26,628 nt of DNA, from positions 1 to 26,628 of the forward strand of contig CAZNDF010000001.1 in the NCBI GenBank assembly GCA_964571775.1, given 5' to 3'. The first letter of the stretch is position 1; every line of letters starts with the position of its first letter. The notes beneath the pieces are model-generated. The model was not told where the DNA came from, searched no databases, and saw only the letters and a program-made list of their open reading frames with translations. Made by a program: the position numbers and the translations under genes. Below, piece by piece: positions 1 to 8,488 of this stretch. The DNA is from an uncultured Gammaproteobacteria bacterium. Its GTDB lineage: Bacteria; Patescibacteriota; Microgenomatia; UBA12405.

Positions 1-59
1 GTGTCAATTTGATTGTTGAAGAAATCGGTCGAGCTATTAAGGCTGCAGGAACCAAATAG
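1..59 (+). CDS. rpsB: 3' end of 30S ribosomal protein S2 (partial, runs off window start)
   Basis: Frame 3 reads VNLIVEEIGRAIKAAGTK* (TAG 57-59), resembling the last helix of S2. It lies directly upstream of tsf, the conserved rpsB-tsf order. Confidence 0.55.
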   Translation, partial: VNLIVEEIGRAIKAAGTK

Positions 60-91
60 ATCTCAGATTATAGATGATAGATCTTAGATAA
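57..91. repeat. Five degenerate heptamers (tagatct cagatta tagatga tagatct tagataa)
   Basis: Exact 7-nt period read directly; starts at the rpsB stop codon. Confidence 0.8.
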
Positions 92-112
92 TAATAATTA
101 AATAATAAAATT

Positions 113-571
113 ATGGATAATAAACAAATAATTGAATTAGTAAAGAAAATCCGAAATGAAACTGGTTTAGGGATAATGGAAATTAAAGCTGCTTTGGAAG
201 AAGCAGAAGGTGATGAAAAAAGAGCCAAAGAGATTTTAAAAGAAAAAGGTTTAAAAAAAGCAGAAACTAAAACAGAAAGAGAAACTCATCAAGGTAGAGT
301 AGCTACTTACACTCATACTACCGGTAAAATTGGAGTAATGGTGGAATTACTTTGTGAAACTGATTTTGTGGCTAAACATGAAGATTTCTTGGGTTTAACA
401 AAAGATATTTGTTTGCAAATTGCAGCAATGAATCCAGAAAATGTTGAAGATCTTTTGAAACAAGAATTTATAAAAGATGCTTCAATTACTATTGAAGAAA
501 AAATTAAAGGTCTAGTAGTTAAATTTGGAGAAAACATGAAATTAACCAGATTCGCTAGATTTGAAATCTAA
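113..571 (+). CDS. tsf: Elongation factor Ts, short form (152 aa)
   Basis: N-terminal VKKIRNETGLGIMEIKAALEEA, ELLCETDFVAK motif and C-terminal GENMKLTRFARFEI. Confidence 0.95.
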   Translation: MDNKQIIELVKKIRNETGLGIMEIKAALEEAEGDEKRAKEILKEKGLKKAETKTERETHQGRVATYTHTTGKIGVMVELLCETDFVAKHEDFLGLTKDICLQIAAMNPENVEDLLKQEFIKDASITIEEKIKGLVVKFGENMKLTRFARFEI

Positions 572-584
572 TTTGTTTTTTAAT

Positions 585-618
585 AAAAAAATCCTCTGAG
601 AAATCAGGGGATTTTTTT
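585..618 (+). terminator. Intrinsic terminator after tsf (probably bidirectional)
   Basis: Stem ATCCTCTGA-gaaa-TCAGGGGAT flanked by an A-run and a T-run. Confidence 0.85.
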
Positions 619-652
619 ATAACTTCTTGACAATAATGAGAGGGAAAGAAAC

Positions 653-786
653 ATTTGTAATGCGGGGTTGGTAATGATGGGGCATTACCTGACACTTTTA
701 CTCAATACAAATGGAAGTGTGTCAGTAAAAATGAGGGTGAATCAGTCAATTGTTCATCGGCGAAATCTAACTATTCGGTTAAATAA
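653..786 (+). pseudogene. Frameshifted relic of the 4-Cys W-x-C module found in the neighbouring surface proteins
   Basis: Frame 2 gives ICNAGLV (653-673). Frame 1 gives NDGALPDTFTQYKWKCVSKNEGESVNCSSAKSNYSVK* (673-786), which matches YYKWRCDGINGGASVNCSAK of the 998-aa protein. No start codon found. Confidence 0.6.
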
Positions 787-811
787 GGTTCTGTTTTTAC
801 TGTTTTTTGTG

Positions 812-839
812 TTGACAAAAACGAAATAATCTTTATTAT
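812..839 (+). promoter_or_regulatory. Sigma70-type promoter, TTGACA-16-TATTAT, 8 nt before ATG 848
   Basis: Perfect -35 at 812-817 and 5/6 -10 at 834-839. Confidence 0.6.
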
Positions 840-847
840 CTAGTTAC

Positions 848-1183
848 ATGGAGAGTACAACAAAAAATAATTGGAAATTATTAGTCGGTTTATCGATTTT
901 GGTTTTGGGTTTGACTTATGGGGTTCAAATGGTTCAAAAAAACCAGGAGAACAGGAGTAAGGCAGCAGAAGAGGTGGGGTTACAAAATACTGAAGTTGAA
1001 GAGGAGAGTGTGTGTGGTGAATCAAATGGTATGTTGGTTTCAGCAAGACCAATATTAGATCTATGTAGTAATGGACTACCTATTTGGAATGACTCTGTGG
1101 CCGAGGATGGAGAATATAACTGGTCTTGTGTGATTGAATCTAATAAATCAACTGTCAGTTGTAGTGCTTTTTTGGAAGAATAG
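848..1183 (+). CDS. Small membrane-anchored protein with one 4-Cys W-x-C module
   Basis: N-terminal hydrophobic helix, VQKNQENRSKA motif, then CGESNG..P..LCSNG..W.D..AEDGEYNWSC...VSCSA. Confidence 0.85.
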   Translation: MESTTKNNWKLLVGLSILVLGLTYGVQMVQKNQENRSKAAEEVGLQNTEVEEESVCGESNGMLVSARPILDLCSNGLPIWNDSVAEDGEYNWSCVIESNKSTVSCSAFLEE

Positions 1184-1231
1184 ATTTTATAGTATGTCTT
1201 TTTGAGTAACTTGTTATAATAGTTTAATTTT

Positions 1232-1783
1232 ATGATAAATTTTTCAGATGTAAGGGTCCGAATGGACAAAATAGTATCTTTATTTGTTAATGATATTGTT
1301 TCAATTAGGACTGGTCGAGCAACTCCAGGGTTGATAGAAAATGTGGTGGTGACTGTTTATGGTGGGCAAAAGATGAGATTAATAGAGTTAGGTTCTATAA
1401 GTGTGCCAGATGTGAGATCATTGACTTTCCAGCCATGGGATCAGGGGTTAATTAGAGAAATTTCTAATGGAATTGCAGCCGCTAATGTGGGGATGAACCC
1501 GGTGGTTGATGGTCAAATTATTAGAATGAGTTTACCGATGTTGACAGTAGAACAAAGAGAAGATTATGTAAAATTGTTGGGGAGAAAGTTGGAGGCAGCT
1601 AGGGTTATGATTCGCGATGCACGGGCTGATTTTAGATCAGATATCCAAAAAGCTAAACAAGATAAAACTATTTCTGAAGATGAATTTAAAAAAGACGAGA
1701 CAGAACTACAAAAAATAACAGATGAGTTTATTAAAAAACTGGAAGGATTGTCAGAAAAGAAAGAAGTAGAGATACGGGGATGA
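1232..1783 (+). CDS. frr: Ribosome recycling factor
   Basis: IRTGRATP, QPWD, NPVVDGQIIR, LTVEQR and ELQKITDEFIKKLE..KKEVEI motifs. Confidence 0.96.
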   Translation: MINFSDVRVRMDKIVSLFVNDIVSIRTGRATPGLIENVVVTVYGGQKMRLIELGSISVPDVRSLTFQPWDQGLIREISNGIAAANVGMNPVVDGQIIRMSLPMLTVEQREDYVKLLGRKLEAARVMIRDARADFRSDIQKAKQDKTISEDEFKKDETELQKITDEFIKKLEGLSEKKEVEIRG

Positions 1784-1785
1784 TT

Positions 1786-1820
1786 TAGATGATAGATATT
1801 AGACCTTAGATCGTAGATAA
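1786..1820. repeat. Five degenerate heptamers (tagatga tagatat tagacct tagatcg tagataa)
   Basis: Exact 7-nt period; same TAGATnn unit as 57-91. Confidence 0.8.
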
Positions 1821-1827
1821 TGGGAAT

Positions 1828-2883
1828 ATGGATTTGATTATATTTGTAATAGCTTTGTCAGTTTTAGTGTTAGTTCATGAATGGGGTCATTTCATGGCAG
1901 CACGAAAGACGGGCGTAAAAGTGGAAGAATTTGGATTAGGCTTACCTCCAAGAATAATTGGGAAAAAGATAAAGGGAACTATTTACAGTCTTAATTGGTT
2001 GCCGGTTGGCGGGTTTTGTAAACTTTATGGTGAGGATGGGGATGGTAAAGGGACTGATGCTTTCAATAATAAAAATCCGTGGCAAAAAATGTTGATAGTT
2101 TTGGGCGGGGTAATCATGAATTTAGTTTTGGCAGTGGTAATTTTTAGTGTGGTTTATACGATTTTGGGAGTTCCAGTTGAAACAGATAACGTCTCGATTA
2201 TTGGTATATCTCCAAACTCTCCAGCTGAAGAGGCTGGATTGAAAGAAGGGGATATTATTTTAAAGGTAAATGATGTTGAAGTTAAAAAAGCAGATCAATT
2301 AACTAATGAGGTTTTGAAATATAAAGGGAAAGAAGTTAGTTTAGTAATTGGTGGTGAAGGTCGTGATTCATCAATACAAACCAAAGTAAAGGTAAGAGAA
2401 AATCCACCAGAAGGCGAAGGGTCTATGGGAGTAGCAATATCAAATACAGAGATGATGAAAGTGCCTTGGTATCGGATAGATAAAGGGATTATGGCAGGGT
2501 TTAAAGAAGCCTATTATTGGGGGGAGATTATTTTTGGTGGAGTAACAAAGATGATTGGAGGGTTATTTATTGGTCAGGTTCCAAAAGATGTGAGTGGGCC
2601 AATTGGTATGTATGAGGCAACTAGCGCTATTAATAAGAATCAAGGTATTTTGGCAGTGATTCATTTTTTTGGAATAGTTTCAGTGAATTTAGCGGTGGTA
2701 AATGTTTTGCCTTTTCCAGCACTTGATGGAGGGAGAATAATATTTGTCATTTATGAAATGATTACAAAAAAGAGAGTGAATCAAAAAGTAGAAACAGTGG
2801 TGAACAATTTAGGAATGTTACTATTGTTAGGATTAATACTGTTGATAACAGTAGGTGATGTTTGGCGCCTTTTAGGGAAATAA
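1828..2883 (+). CDS. rseP: Site-2 intramembrane zinc metalloprotease (M50, RseP/RasP) with PDZ domain
   Basis: HEWGH zinc motif, GG...N, central PDZ (SPAEEAGLKEGDIILKVN) and NVLPFPALDGG. Confidence 0.95.
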   Translation: MDLIIFVIALSVLVLVHEWGHFMAARKTGVKVEEFGLGLPPRIIGKKIKGTIYSLNWLPVGGFCKLYGEDGDGKGTDAFNNKNPWQKMLIVLGGVIMNLVLAVVIFSVVYTILGVPVETDNVSIIGISPNSPAEEAGLKEGDIILKVNDVEVKKADQLTNEVLKYKGKEVSLVIGGEGRDSSIQTKVKVRENPPEGEGSMGVAISNTEMMKVPWYRIDKGIMAGFKEAYYWGEIIFGGVTKMIGGLFIGQVPKDVSGPIGMYEATSAINKNQGILAVIHFFGIVSVNLAVVNVLPFPALDGGRIIFVIYEMITKKRVNQKVETVVNNLGMLLLLGLILLITVGDVWRLLGK

Positions 2884-2914
2884 GGAATTTATTTTTTGGT
2901 TTTTATAATGGATC

Positions 2915-2952
2915 TTGATCTATTGACCTGGGTTTTTAAAAGTGATTAACTT
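2915..2952 (+). promoter_or_regulatory. Putative promoter, TTGACC...TAACTT, copy 1 of a duplicated upstream element
   Basis: TTGACC at 2923-2928 and TAACTT at 2947-2952, 5 nt before ATG 2958. 28/36 identical to 3372-3407. Confidence 0.6.
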
Positions 2953-2957
2953 ATCAC

Positions 2958-3296
2958 ATGATGAATAGATTAAATAACGCTAATAAAAGAGGTGTTTCTG
3001 GTGTTTTTTTAATAATTTCGGTTTTAGTTTTGGCGATAGCTTTGCCAGTGAGTGTTTTTTTGACCCAGAAAAATCAAGAATCTAGAAGTAAAGCAACAAG
3101 TGAGTCGTCAACTATTGGTATTTGTGGAAAATCAACCGGAGAATATTTCTCGGCCAAGCCGGCTTCTGGTTTGTGTGATGGCGGTGTTTTGGTTTGGACT
3201 GATGAAGAGGCAACAGACGGTGATTGGAACTGGACTTGTAAAGGTGATTTAGGGGTGGCTGATTCATCAGTAGATTGCTTGGCAGTGAAAGAATAG
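2958..3296 (+). CDS. Small membrane-anchored protein with one 4-Cys W-x-C module
   Basis: KRG followed by a hydrophobic helix, TQKNQESRSKA motif, then GICGKS...P.SGLCDGG..VWTDEEATDGDWNWTC...VDCLA. Confidence 0.85.
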   Translation: MMNRLNNANKRGVSGVFLIISVLVLAIALPVSVFLTQKNQESRSKATSESSTIGICGKSTGEYFSAKPASGLCDGGVLVWTDEEATDGDWNWTCKGDLGVADSSVDCLAVKE

Positions 3297-3369
3297 TTGT
3301 TTCCTTTTTTGGATGATTTTTTTTGAGGGGATTTGGTGTGAATTTTTTTTGATGGAGAAGGGAATTATT

Positions 3370-3407
3370 TTGATCTATTGACCCAATGTTTAAAAGGTGT
3401 TTAACTT
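3370..3407 (+). promoter_or_regulatory. Putative promoter, copy 2 of the duplicated upstream element
   Basis: TTGATCTATTGACC identical to 2915-2928, with TTAACTT at the same spacing. Confidence 0.6.
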
Positions 3408-3429
3408 TTTTATATTAAAAAAATTTACA

Positions 3430-6426
3430 ATGAAAAACTTAAGATTAACTGAACAGAGAGGAATAGCTCAAATTTTTTTATTGGTTGGCATGTTAGTGGT
3501 AGCAGTTTCTCTACCTTTTGCAACGAGATTAGTGCAACAGAATCAGGAGAACAGGAGTAATGCGGCTACTAAAAAAACGGCTGCATATTGTAACTCTAAA
3601 CTTACTAGAACGGCTTGTACAGATGATCCTGGTTGTTATTATTTTGCTGCTGGTGGTTTACTTGATAGCTATAACAAAGCTAATTGTATCCCATCGAGGA
3701 TTCGAGGTGAAGGGTGCTCCTATAGTAGTACGTGTTATGATGGTTTGAGTTGTAGGAGTGGTTTTTGTGTTAACTCTACTGATTGTGTTCATACAAGAGC
3801 AGGTAAAGTTGTTGCTAATGGAAGTAAACTTTGTTGGGATTGGGATATACATACATGTTCTAGTGGGGATTTAGAGAAGGGAGTGGTTAGCTGTAATACT
3901 TATTCTGTTAATAATCCGGATCGAGTTGGGTGTACGGGTAATACATCTGGCTCTTGTACTTTTTCGACCGCTTTAAAAAAGTCATCAGCTGCGCCAACAA
4001 CTAAACCTACGGCTACTCCAACACCGAGACCTACTTGTAGTTCTAAGGGTGGGGCTTGTATTGGTGGGGTAAGGACTTGTACTGATGTTGAAGGTGGTAG
4101 TGTAATTTCTGGAACTGATTGTAGTGGGACTACTCCTGTATGTTGTAAAGTGAAAGAGACTTCGAATAAATGTATCCTTGGTGATAAGTCTTATGATAAT
4201 GGTTTTAAATATTGCTCTGATGTTTATGGTCCTAGTCAATTAAAAACATGCAATAACGGAAGTTGGAGTACTGAGGATTGTCCGGGTGGTTGTCCTGTTG
4301 GTACTAGTAATTGTAGTAAAACTACCGTTCCTAAATGTACTAGTTACACTTATTCTGCTTGGTCGACTTGTACTAATGGAAAACAAACAAGAACTGTCAC
4401 AGGTAGAACCCCATCTGGGTGTTCAGAAAATACTGCAGGTTCAGCGACACTAGTAACTTCACAAAATTGTACAACTAAGGTTAGTTGTACTTCTAAGGGT
4501 GGGGCTTGTATTGGTGGTGTAAGGACTTGTACTGATGTTGAAGGTGGTAGTGTAATTTCTGGAACTGATTGTAGTGGGACTACTCCAGTGTGCTGTAAAG
4601 TGACGGAACCAGTTGGTGCCTGTAATAGTACGACTATAGCTAAGACTTGGTCTTCGGCTCCCAGTGATTCTCAAGCCTGTTCTTCAGGAAAGGTATATTG
4701 GGTAGATAAAGAAGCGACTGATGGTACTTACAATTGGAATTGCAGGGTTACTGGTGGTTCAACTGCTACTTGTGCTGTCGGTAAAACCGTAGCCGCCGGT
4801 ACAAAAGTTGATGGTAAATGCGGTGGGGCTATGGATGCAGTAGTCAAAACTAAACCGACTTCTGGTTTATGTGCGGCTGGTACAGCGAGTACAGTAACAG
4901 CAGGTACAGGGGTAACTTTATGGAAATGGACATGTGCAGGGGCTAATGGGGGTTACACCGCTACTTGTGTAGCGATATATAATCCTTGTAAGGCTGTTGG
5001 TGGTGATTGCAGGACTGTTTGTAGCAGTGATGAAGAACTATACAGTGGTGGTCGTGATGCTTGTAGCCCCGCTGTGTGTTGTAAAGTTAAATCTACAGTA
5101 ATTGCTAAAAAGGATGGAGTGTGTAATGTTAGTTATAATGGTAAAAGTGTAACTAGCAGACCGTCTGATGCAACTGCGTGTAGTACTGGTACTGTTTATT
5201 GGACTGATGTGAGTGCCACTAGTGGATACTATAAATGGCGATGCGATGGTATTAATGGTGGCGCTAGTGTAAATTGTTCTGCTAAAAATGATGTCAGCGG
5301 ATCTCCGGCAACTAATTCTTCGGCTTGTAAAGCTAAGGGTGGTGTTTGTGCTACTTATAGCACTGCTTTGAAGACTGGTGATTCGTGTAAGGTTAATGGT
5401 TATCCGAAATTTGGTAAAGTAGTGACCGGTTTATGTTCGGGTGATAGCAAGACAGTTTGTTGTACTGGGATTACGACTGTGGTGAATCCACCAGTAAATC
5501 CCCCTGTTAATCCACCAGTAGATCCCCCTGTTAATCCACCAGTAGATCCCCCTGTTAATCCACCAGTAGATCCTCCTGTTGACCCTCCGGTAACTGTACC
5601 ATCTACAAATATAACTTTGAGTCCACCCACTGTTACTTTGATTGTGGGTGAGACTAAGGCTATTGTGGCAACGTTGGAACCATCTAACTCGACAGATACA
5701 GTTACTTGGACAAGTAATAATTCAGCTATAGCGGCAGTTTCAACAAGTGGAGTTATCACTGGTGCTTCTGCTGGGTCAGCAGTAGTAACAGCAACGACTA
5801 CGAGTGGAAAAACAGCTACAGTTAGTGCAACTGTAAATCCAGCTGCGGCTGGTTCGGCTCAAGTATCTTTTAAATTTGCTTTCTTTGGAATTAAACCGGG
5901 AGCAGCTTGTATTTCTAGTTTGGAAAATTTAAATATTGAAGTGGCTAATGTTCCAACAAGTACTTATCAATCTGGTTTGAGTACTGTTTTTGCTAAGTTG
6001 GATGATGATCAGGTTGATGCAAACGGTAATCAAATATTCCAGGTGACAGCGTTGTCTTTGGATGCAACTAAGTTTGGAGCAGCCAATAATGCTAATTATA
6101 TAAAGATTAAAGGGCCTTTCCATTTGAGGAGAAGAATGTGTGCTGATGGTCAAACCTCTAAAGTTCCAGAAACTACCGTTTGTGATATTGACTTGACTAG
6201 AACTGACGGTCATATCTATGACTTTTCTAAATACACATTGCTTTCTGGAGATATTAATAAAGATGGAATAGTAAATGGAGCTGATTTTGGTCTAGTAAAA
6301 ACAGCTCTTGACTCTGATGATTCAGTCTCTTGTGGTAGAGATGGTGATTTAAATATGGATGGAGTGATTAATGGAGTTGATACTCAAATAATTAAAATAA
6401 CTCTACTTGAGAGAGATGACGAGTAG
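3430..6426 (+). CDS. Large Cys-rich modular surface protein (998 aa): TM anchor, defensin-like repeats, TSP1-like motif, W-x-C modules, (VxPP)9 linker, Ig-like Big_2 domain, C-terminal dockerin-like domain
   Basis: Domains read from the translation: YSAWSTC..GKQTR; VTWTSNNSAIAAVSTSGVITG; GDINKDGIVNGAD...GDLNMDGVINGVD. Start moved from GTG 3397, which lies inside the putative promoter, to ATG 3430. Confidence 0.85.
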   Translation: MKNLRLTEQRGIAQIFLLVGMLVVAVSLPFATRLVQQNQENRSNAATKKTAAYCNSKLTRTACTDDPGCYYFAAGGLLDSYNKANCIPSRIRGEGCSYSSTCYDGLSCRSGFCVNSTDCVHTRAGKVVANGSKLCWDWDIHTCSSGDLEKGVVSCNTYSVNNPDRVGCTGNTSGSCTFSTALKKSSAAPTTKPTATPTPRPTCSSKGGACIGGVRTCTDVEGGSVISGTDCSGTTPVCCKVKETSNKCILGDKSYDNGFKYCSDVYGPSQLKTCNNGSWSTEDCPGGCPVGTSNCSKTTVPKCTSYTYSAWSTCTNGKQTRTVTGRTPSGCSENTAGSATLVTSQNCTTKVSCTSKGGACIGGVRTCTDVEGGSVISGTDCSGTTPVCCKVTEPVGACNSTTIAKTWSSAPSDSQACSSGKVYWVDKEATDGTYNWNCRVTGGSTATCAVGKTVAAGTKVDGKCGGAMDAVVKTKPTSGLCAAGTASTVTAGTGVTLWKWTCAGANGGYTATCVAIYNPCKAVGGDCRTVCSSDEELYSGGRDACSPAVCCKVKSTVIAKKDGVCNVSYNGKSVTSRPSDATACSTGTVYWTDVSATSGYYKWRCDGINGGASVNCSAKNDVSGSPATNSSACKAKGGVCATYSTALKTGDSCKVNGYPKFGKVVTGLCSGDSKTVCCTGITTVVNPPVNPPVNPPVDPPVNPPVDPPVNPPVDPPVDPPVTVPSTNITLSPPTVTLIVGETKAIVATLEPSNSTDTVTWTSNNSAIAAVSTSGVITGASAGSAVVTATTTSGKTATVSATVNPAAAGSAQVSFKFAFFGIKPGAACISSLENLNIEVANVPTSTYQSGLSTVFAKLDDDQVDANGNQIFQVTALSLDATKFGAANNANYIKIKGPFHLRRRMCADGQTSKVPETTVCDIDLTRTDGHIYDFSKYTLLSGDINKDGIVNGADFGLVKTALDSDDSVSCGRDGDLNMDGVINGVDTQIIKITLLERDDE
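4036..4602 (+). repeat. Intragenic duplication of a 117-nt (39-aa) six-Cys unit at 4036-4152 and 4486-4602
   Basis: 112/117 nt identical by manual alignment; 4 synonymous changes and 1 Ser/Thr change. Confidence 0.95.
5482..5589 (+). repeat. Nine 12-nt tandem units encoding V(N/D)PP
   Basis: gtt aat cca cca / gta gat ccc cct alternation read directly. Confidence 0.95.
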
Positions 6427-6446
6427 TTATAATTTAAATAATAAAA

Positions 6447-7058
6447 ATGAAAGAAAATAAATTAATAAAAATACTTATCCCAATTGTGGCTATGATTGTG
6501 GTTGTGGAGAGTGTGGTGCTGGTTTCAAATTTGGATAAAGGTAATAACAATGTAGCTGACAGTAAAATTGAAGAAGTTGTTCCAACTGAAGGAGAACAAA
6601 AAGATGAATCGCCAGTGGCTGACTTTGTTTTTGCGACAGACACAAAAGAGATGAAGGTAGGGAAATCGTATGAGGTGGTTTTGAATTTAGTAGCAAAAAA
6701 GGATTTGGCTTTGGATGCTATTGAAACCTATGTAGATTATGATCCAAAATTAGTAACAGTATCGAAATTAGTCTCAGGCAATACTTTGCCAAAGGCTGAT
6801 GTTTCGAAGGTTGATGAAAAAAATGGCAGAGTTAGTACGGTGTTTTTGATTGATGATAAATCTGGCTATGTAACCAAATCAGATGAAATTAATAGAATTG
6901 TCTCTTTTATGGTGACACCAAAAGTAGAGGGACAGATTAATTTGGAATTGACTACTAGTAGTGATGATAAAAAACTTGTTACTATGATTGTAGAAACTGC
7001 TACGAGTAAGCAATTGACTTTCTCGAGCAATAAATTAGAGATTAATGCAATTAAATAA
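6447..7058 (+). CDS. N-terminally anchored cohesin-like domain protein
   Basis: TM helix, then beta-rich VGKSYEVVLNL...AIETYVDYDPKLVTV...IVSFMVTPKVEG pattern typical of cohesin domains. Confidence 0.65.
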   Translation: MKENKLIKILIPIVAMIVVVESVVLVSNLDKGNNNVADSKIEEVVPTEGEQKDESPVADFVFATDTKEMKVGKSYEVVLNLVAKKDLALDAIETYVDYDPKLVTVSKLVSGNTLPKADVSKVDEKNGRVSTVFLIDDKSGYVTKSDEINRIVSFMVTPKVEGQINLELTTSSDDKKLVTMIVETATSKQLTFSSNKLEINAIK

Positions 7059-7061
7059 GTC

Positions 7062-7742
7062 ATGAAAAAGACTGCCTGGTTACTAAATACTTTTTTAATT
7101 TTATTTTTATTAACAGCCTCAAGTGTTAAGGCTGCTGTAGCTGGGCCGCATTTGTTGGTAGATCCGTCGAGTGGTAACTATTCAGTGAATGGGACATTTA
7201 GTGTGACAGTAAAAATTGATTCAGCTTCGGAAGTGGTTGGAGCTATTGATGGTATCGGAACTTATGACTCTGATAAATTGGAGTTAGTTTCTATAAATAA
7301 GGCTCCTTCGATGGTTTTTGAGGGTATCAGTGGTGGGGGAAGTTGTACTGTCGAATCGGCTTCGGGAAGATTTAATTTCACTTGTTATTCTAATGATTCA
7401 TTATCAGATCAGTCTCTTAGTGGAAATTTAGTGGTGTTGAATTTTAAAGCTAAGGCTACTGGTACGGCGACGGTGAATTTTGTTTGTGCTAGTGGAAATA
7501 CAACTGATTCTAATATAATAAAGACTTCAAATGCAGTGGATGTGATTGCTTGTGGAGAGAATGTTGGAGGGTCTTATGTCATAGGTAACAGCACAGGTGG
7601 TGAGGATACTACTACTGCACCGACTAGTTCGACAACCACTTCTACTGAATTGCCTAAGACTGGTGGAGTAGGAGCGACTTTAGGTTTGATAGTTTTTGGA
7701 GCGATTAGTTTAGCTTCAGCAGTATTTTTGAAATTTCTATGA
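7062..7742 (+). CDS. Secreted cohesin-like protein with C-terminal LPKTG sorting signal
   Basis: Signal peptide (SVKA-A); VNGTFSVTVKID...YDSDKLELVSI...LVVLNFKAKATGTATVNF; Thr-rich linker; LPKTG at 7650-7664 followed by a hydrophobic helix. Confidence 0.75.
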   Translation: MKKTAWLLNTFLILFLLTASSVKAAVAGPHLLVDPSSGNYSVNGTFSVTVKIDSASEVVGAIDGIGTYDSDKLELVSINKAPSMVFEGISGGGSCTVESASGRFNFTCYSNDSLSDQSLSGNLVVLNFKAKATGTATVNFVCASGNTTDSNIIKTSNAVDVIACGENVGGSYVIGNSTGGEDTTTAPTSSTTTSTELPKTGGVGATLGLIVFGAISLASAVFLKFL

Positions 7743-8461
7743 AGAAGCTTAAGGTAAAAAATATTGTTATTTTTGGGGTTTTAGGAGTGGTAATGGTGTT
7801 GGTAGTAGTAGCAGTGAGTCAGGTTAGAACTTTTATGAGTGGAGCTTCAAGTGATATTGAACCACAAAATGTGTCAGCAATTCCGGGCGAAGATGGAAAA
7901 TCAGCAACAATCACTTGGACTTCTGATAAAGAGTCAATATCAAAAGTTGAATATGGAACAACAGCTGCAAGTTTAGTTTTGATGTCAGCAGAATCGGTGG
8001 CGGCAGTTAATCATAGCTTATCTTTATCTTCTTTGAGACCGGCAACAACTTATTATTACAGAATTAGAATAGGAGAGGAAGTTTTTGATAATGGTGGTGT
8101 TCCTTATAATTTTAAAACAAAAGCAGACGCGACAGCAGTCGTTTCACCTACATTAATACCAACAGTACCATTAACAACAACAAACAATAATGTTGCGTCA
8201 GGTGCGGGAATCGTATGTGATCCAAAAGCGGATTATAATAAAGATGGAGTAGTTACTGGTTTAGATGTGATGGCTTGTAAGGCTGATGGGGGAAAGGTGG
8301 CTGCAGTTACAACAACGACAACCCCAAAAATAACGACTACTCCGAAGGCAACAACGTCAAGTTCTCCAACTTTGGACTGTACTGGGAAAATCATTGATTA
8401 TAATAGCGATGGAGTAGTTAACGGGCTAGATAGAGTTAACTGTTTACAAAATCAGAGATAA
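7739..8461 (+). CDS. Membrane-anchored FN3/purple-acid-phosphatase-N-like protein with two dockerin-like Ca-binding loops
   Basis: SATITWTSD..S.SKVEYGT...HSLSLSSLRPATTYYYRI; DYNKDGVVTGLD and DYNSDGVVNGLD. Confidence 0.75.
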   Translation: MKKLKVKNIVIFGVLGVVMVLVVVAVSQVRTFMSGASSDIEPQNVSAIPGEDGKSATITWTSDKESISKVEYGTTAASLVLMSAESVAAVNHSLSLSSLRPATTYYYRIRIGEEVFDNGGVPYNFKTKADATAVVSPTLIPTVPLTTTNNNVASGAGIVCDPKADYNKDGVVTGLDVMACKADGGKVAAVTTTTTPKITTTPKATTSSSPTLDCTGKIIDYNSDGVVNGLDRVNCLQNQR

Positions 8462-8488
8462 TAGAGTAAAATAGGCAATCGTTAATTT

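Noticed and set aside
113-571. Short 152-aa EF-Ts as a truncation or pseudogene
   Set aside because: Both N- and C-terminal signature motifs are present, short EF-Ts forms are known, and a terminator follows directly.
3397-3429. GTG start for the 1009-aa ORF
   Set aside because: It falls inside the duplicated promoter element; ATG 3430 gives a normal short basic N-region before the TM helix.
2958-3530. Canonical type IV pilin call for the KRG/QRG plus hydrophobic N-termini
   Set aside because: There is no Glu at +5 and no pilus machinery in the window; noted only as part of the RSKA motif finding.
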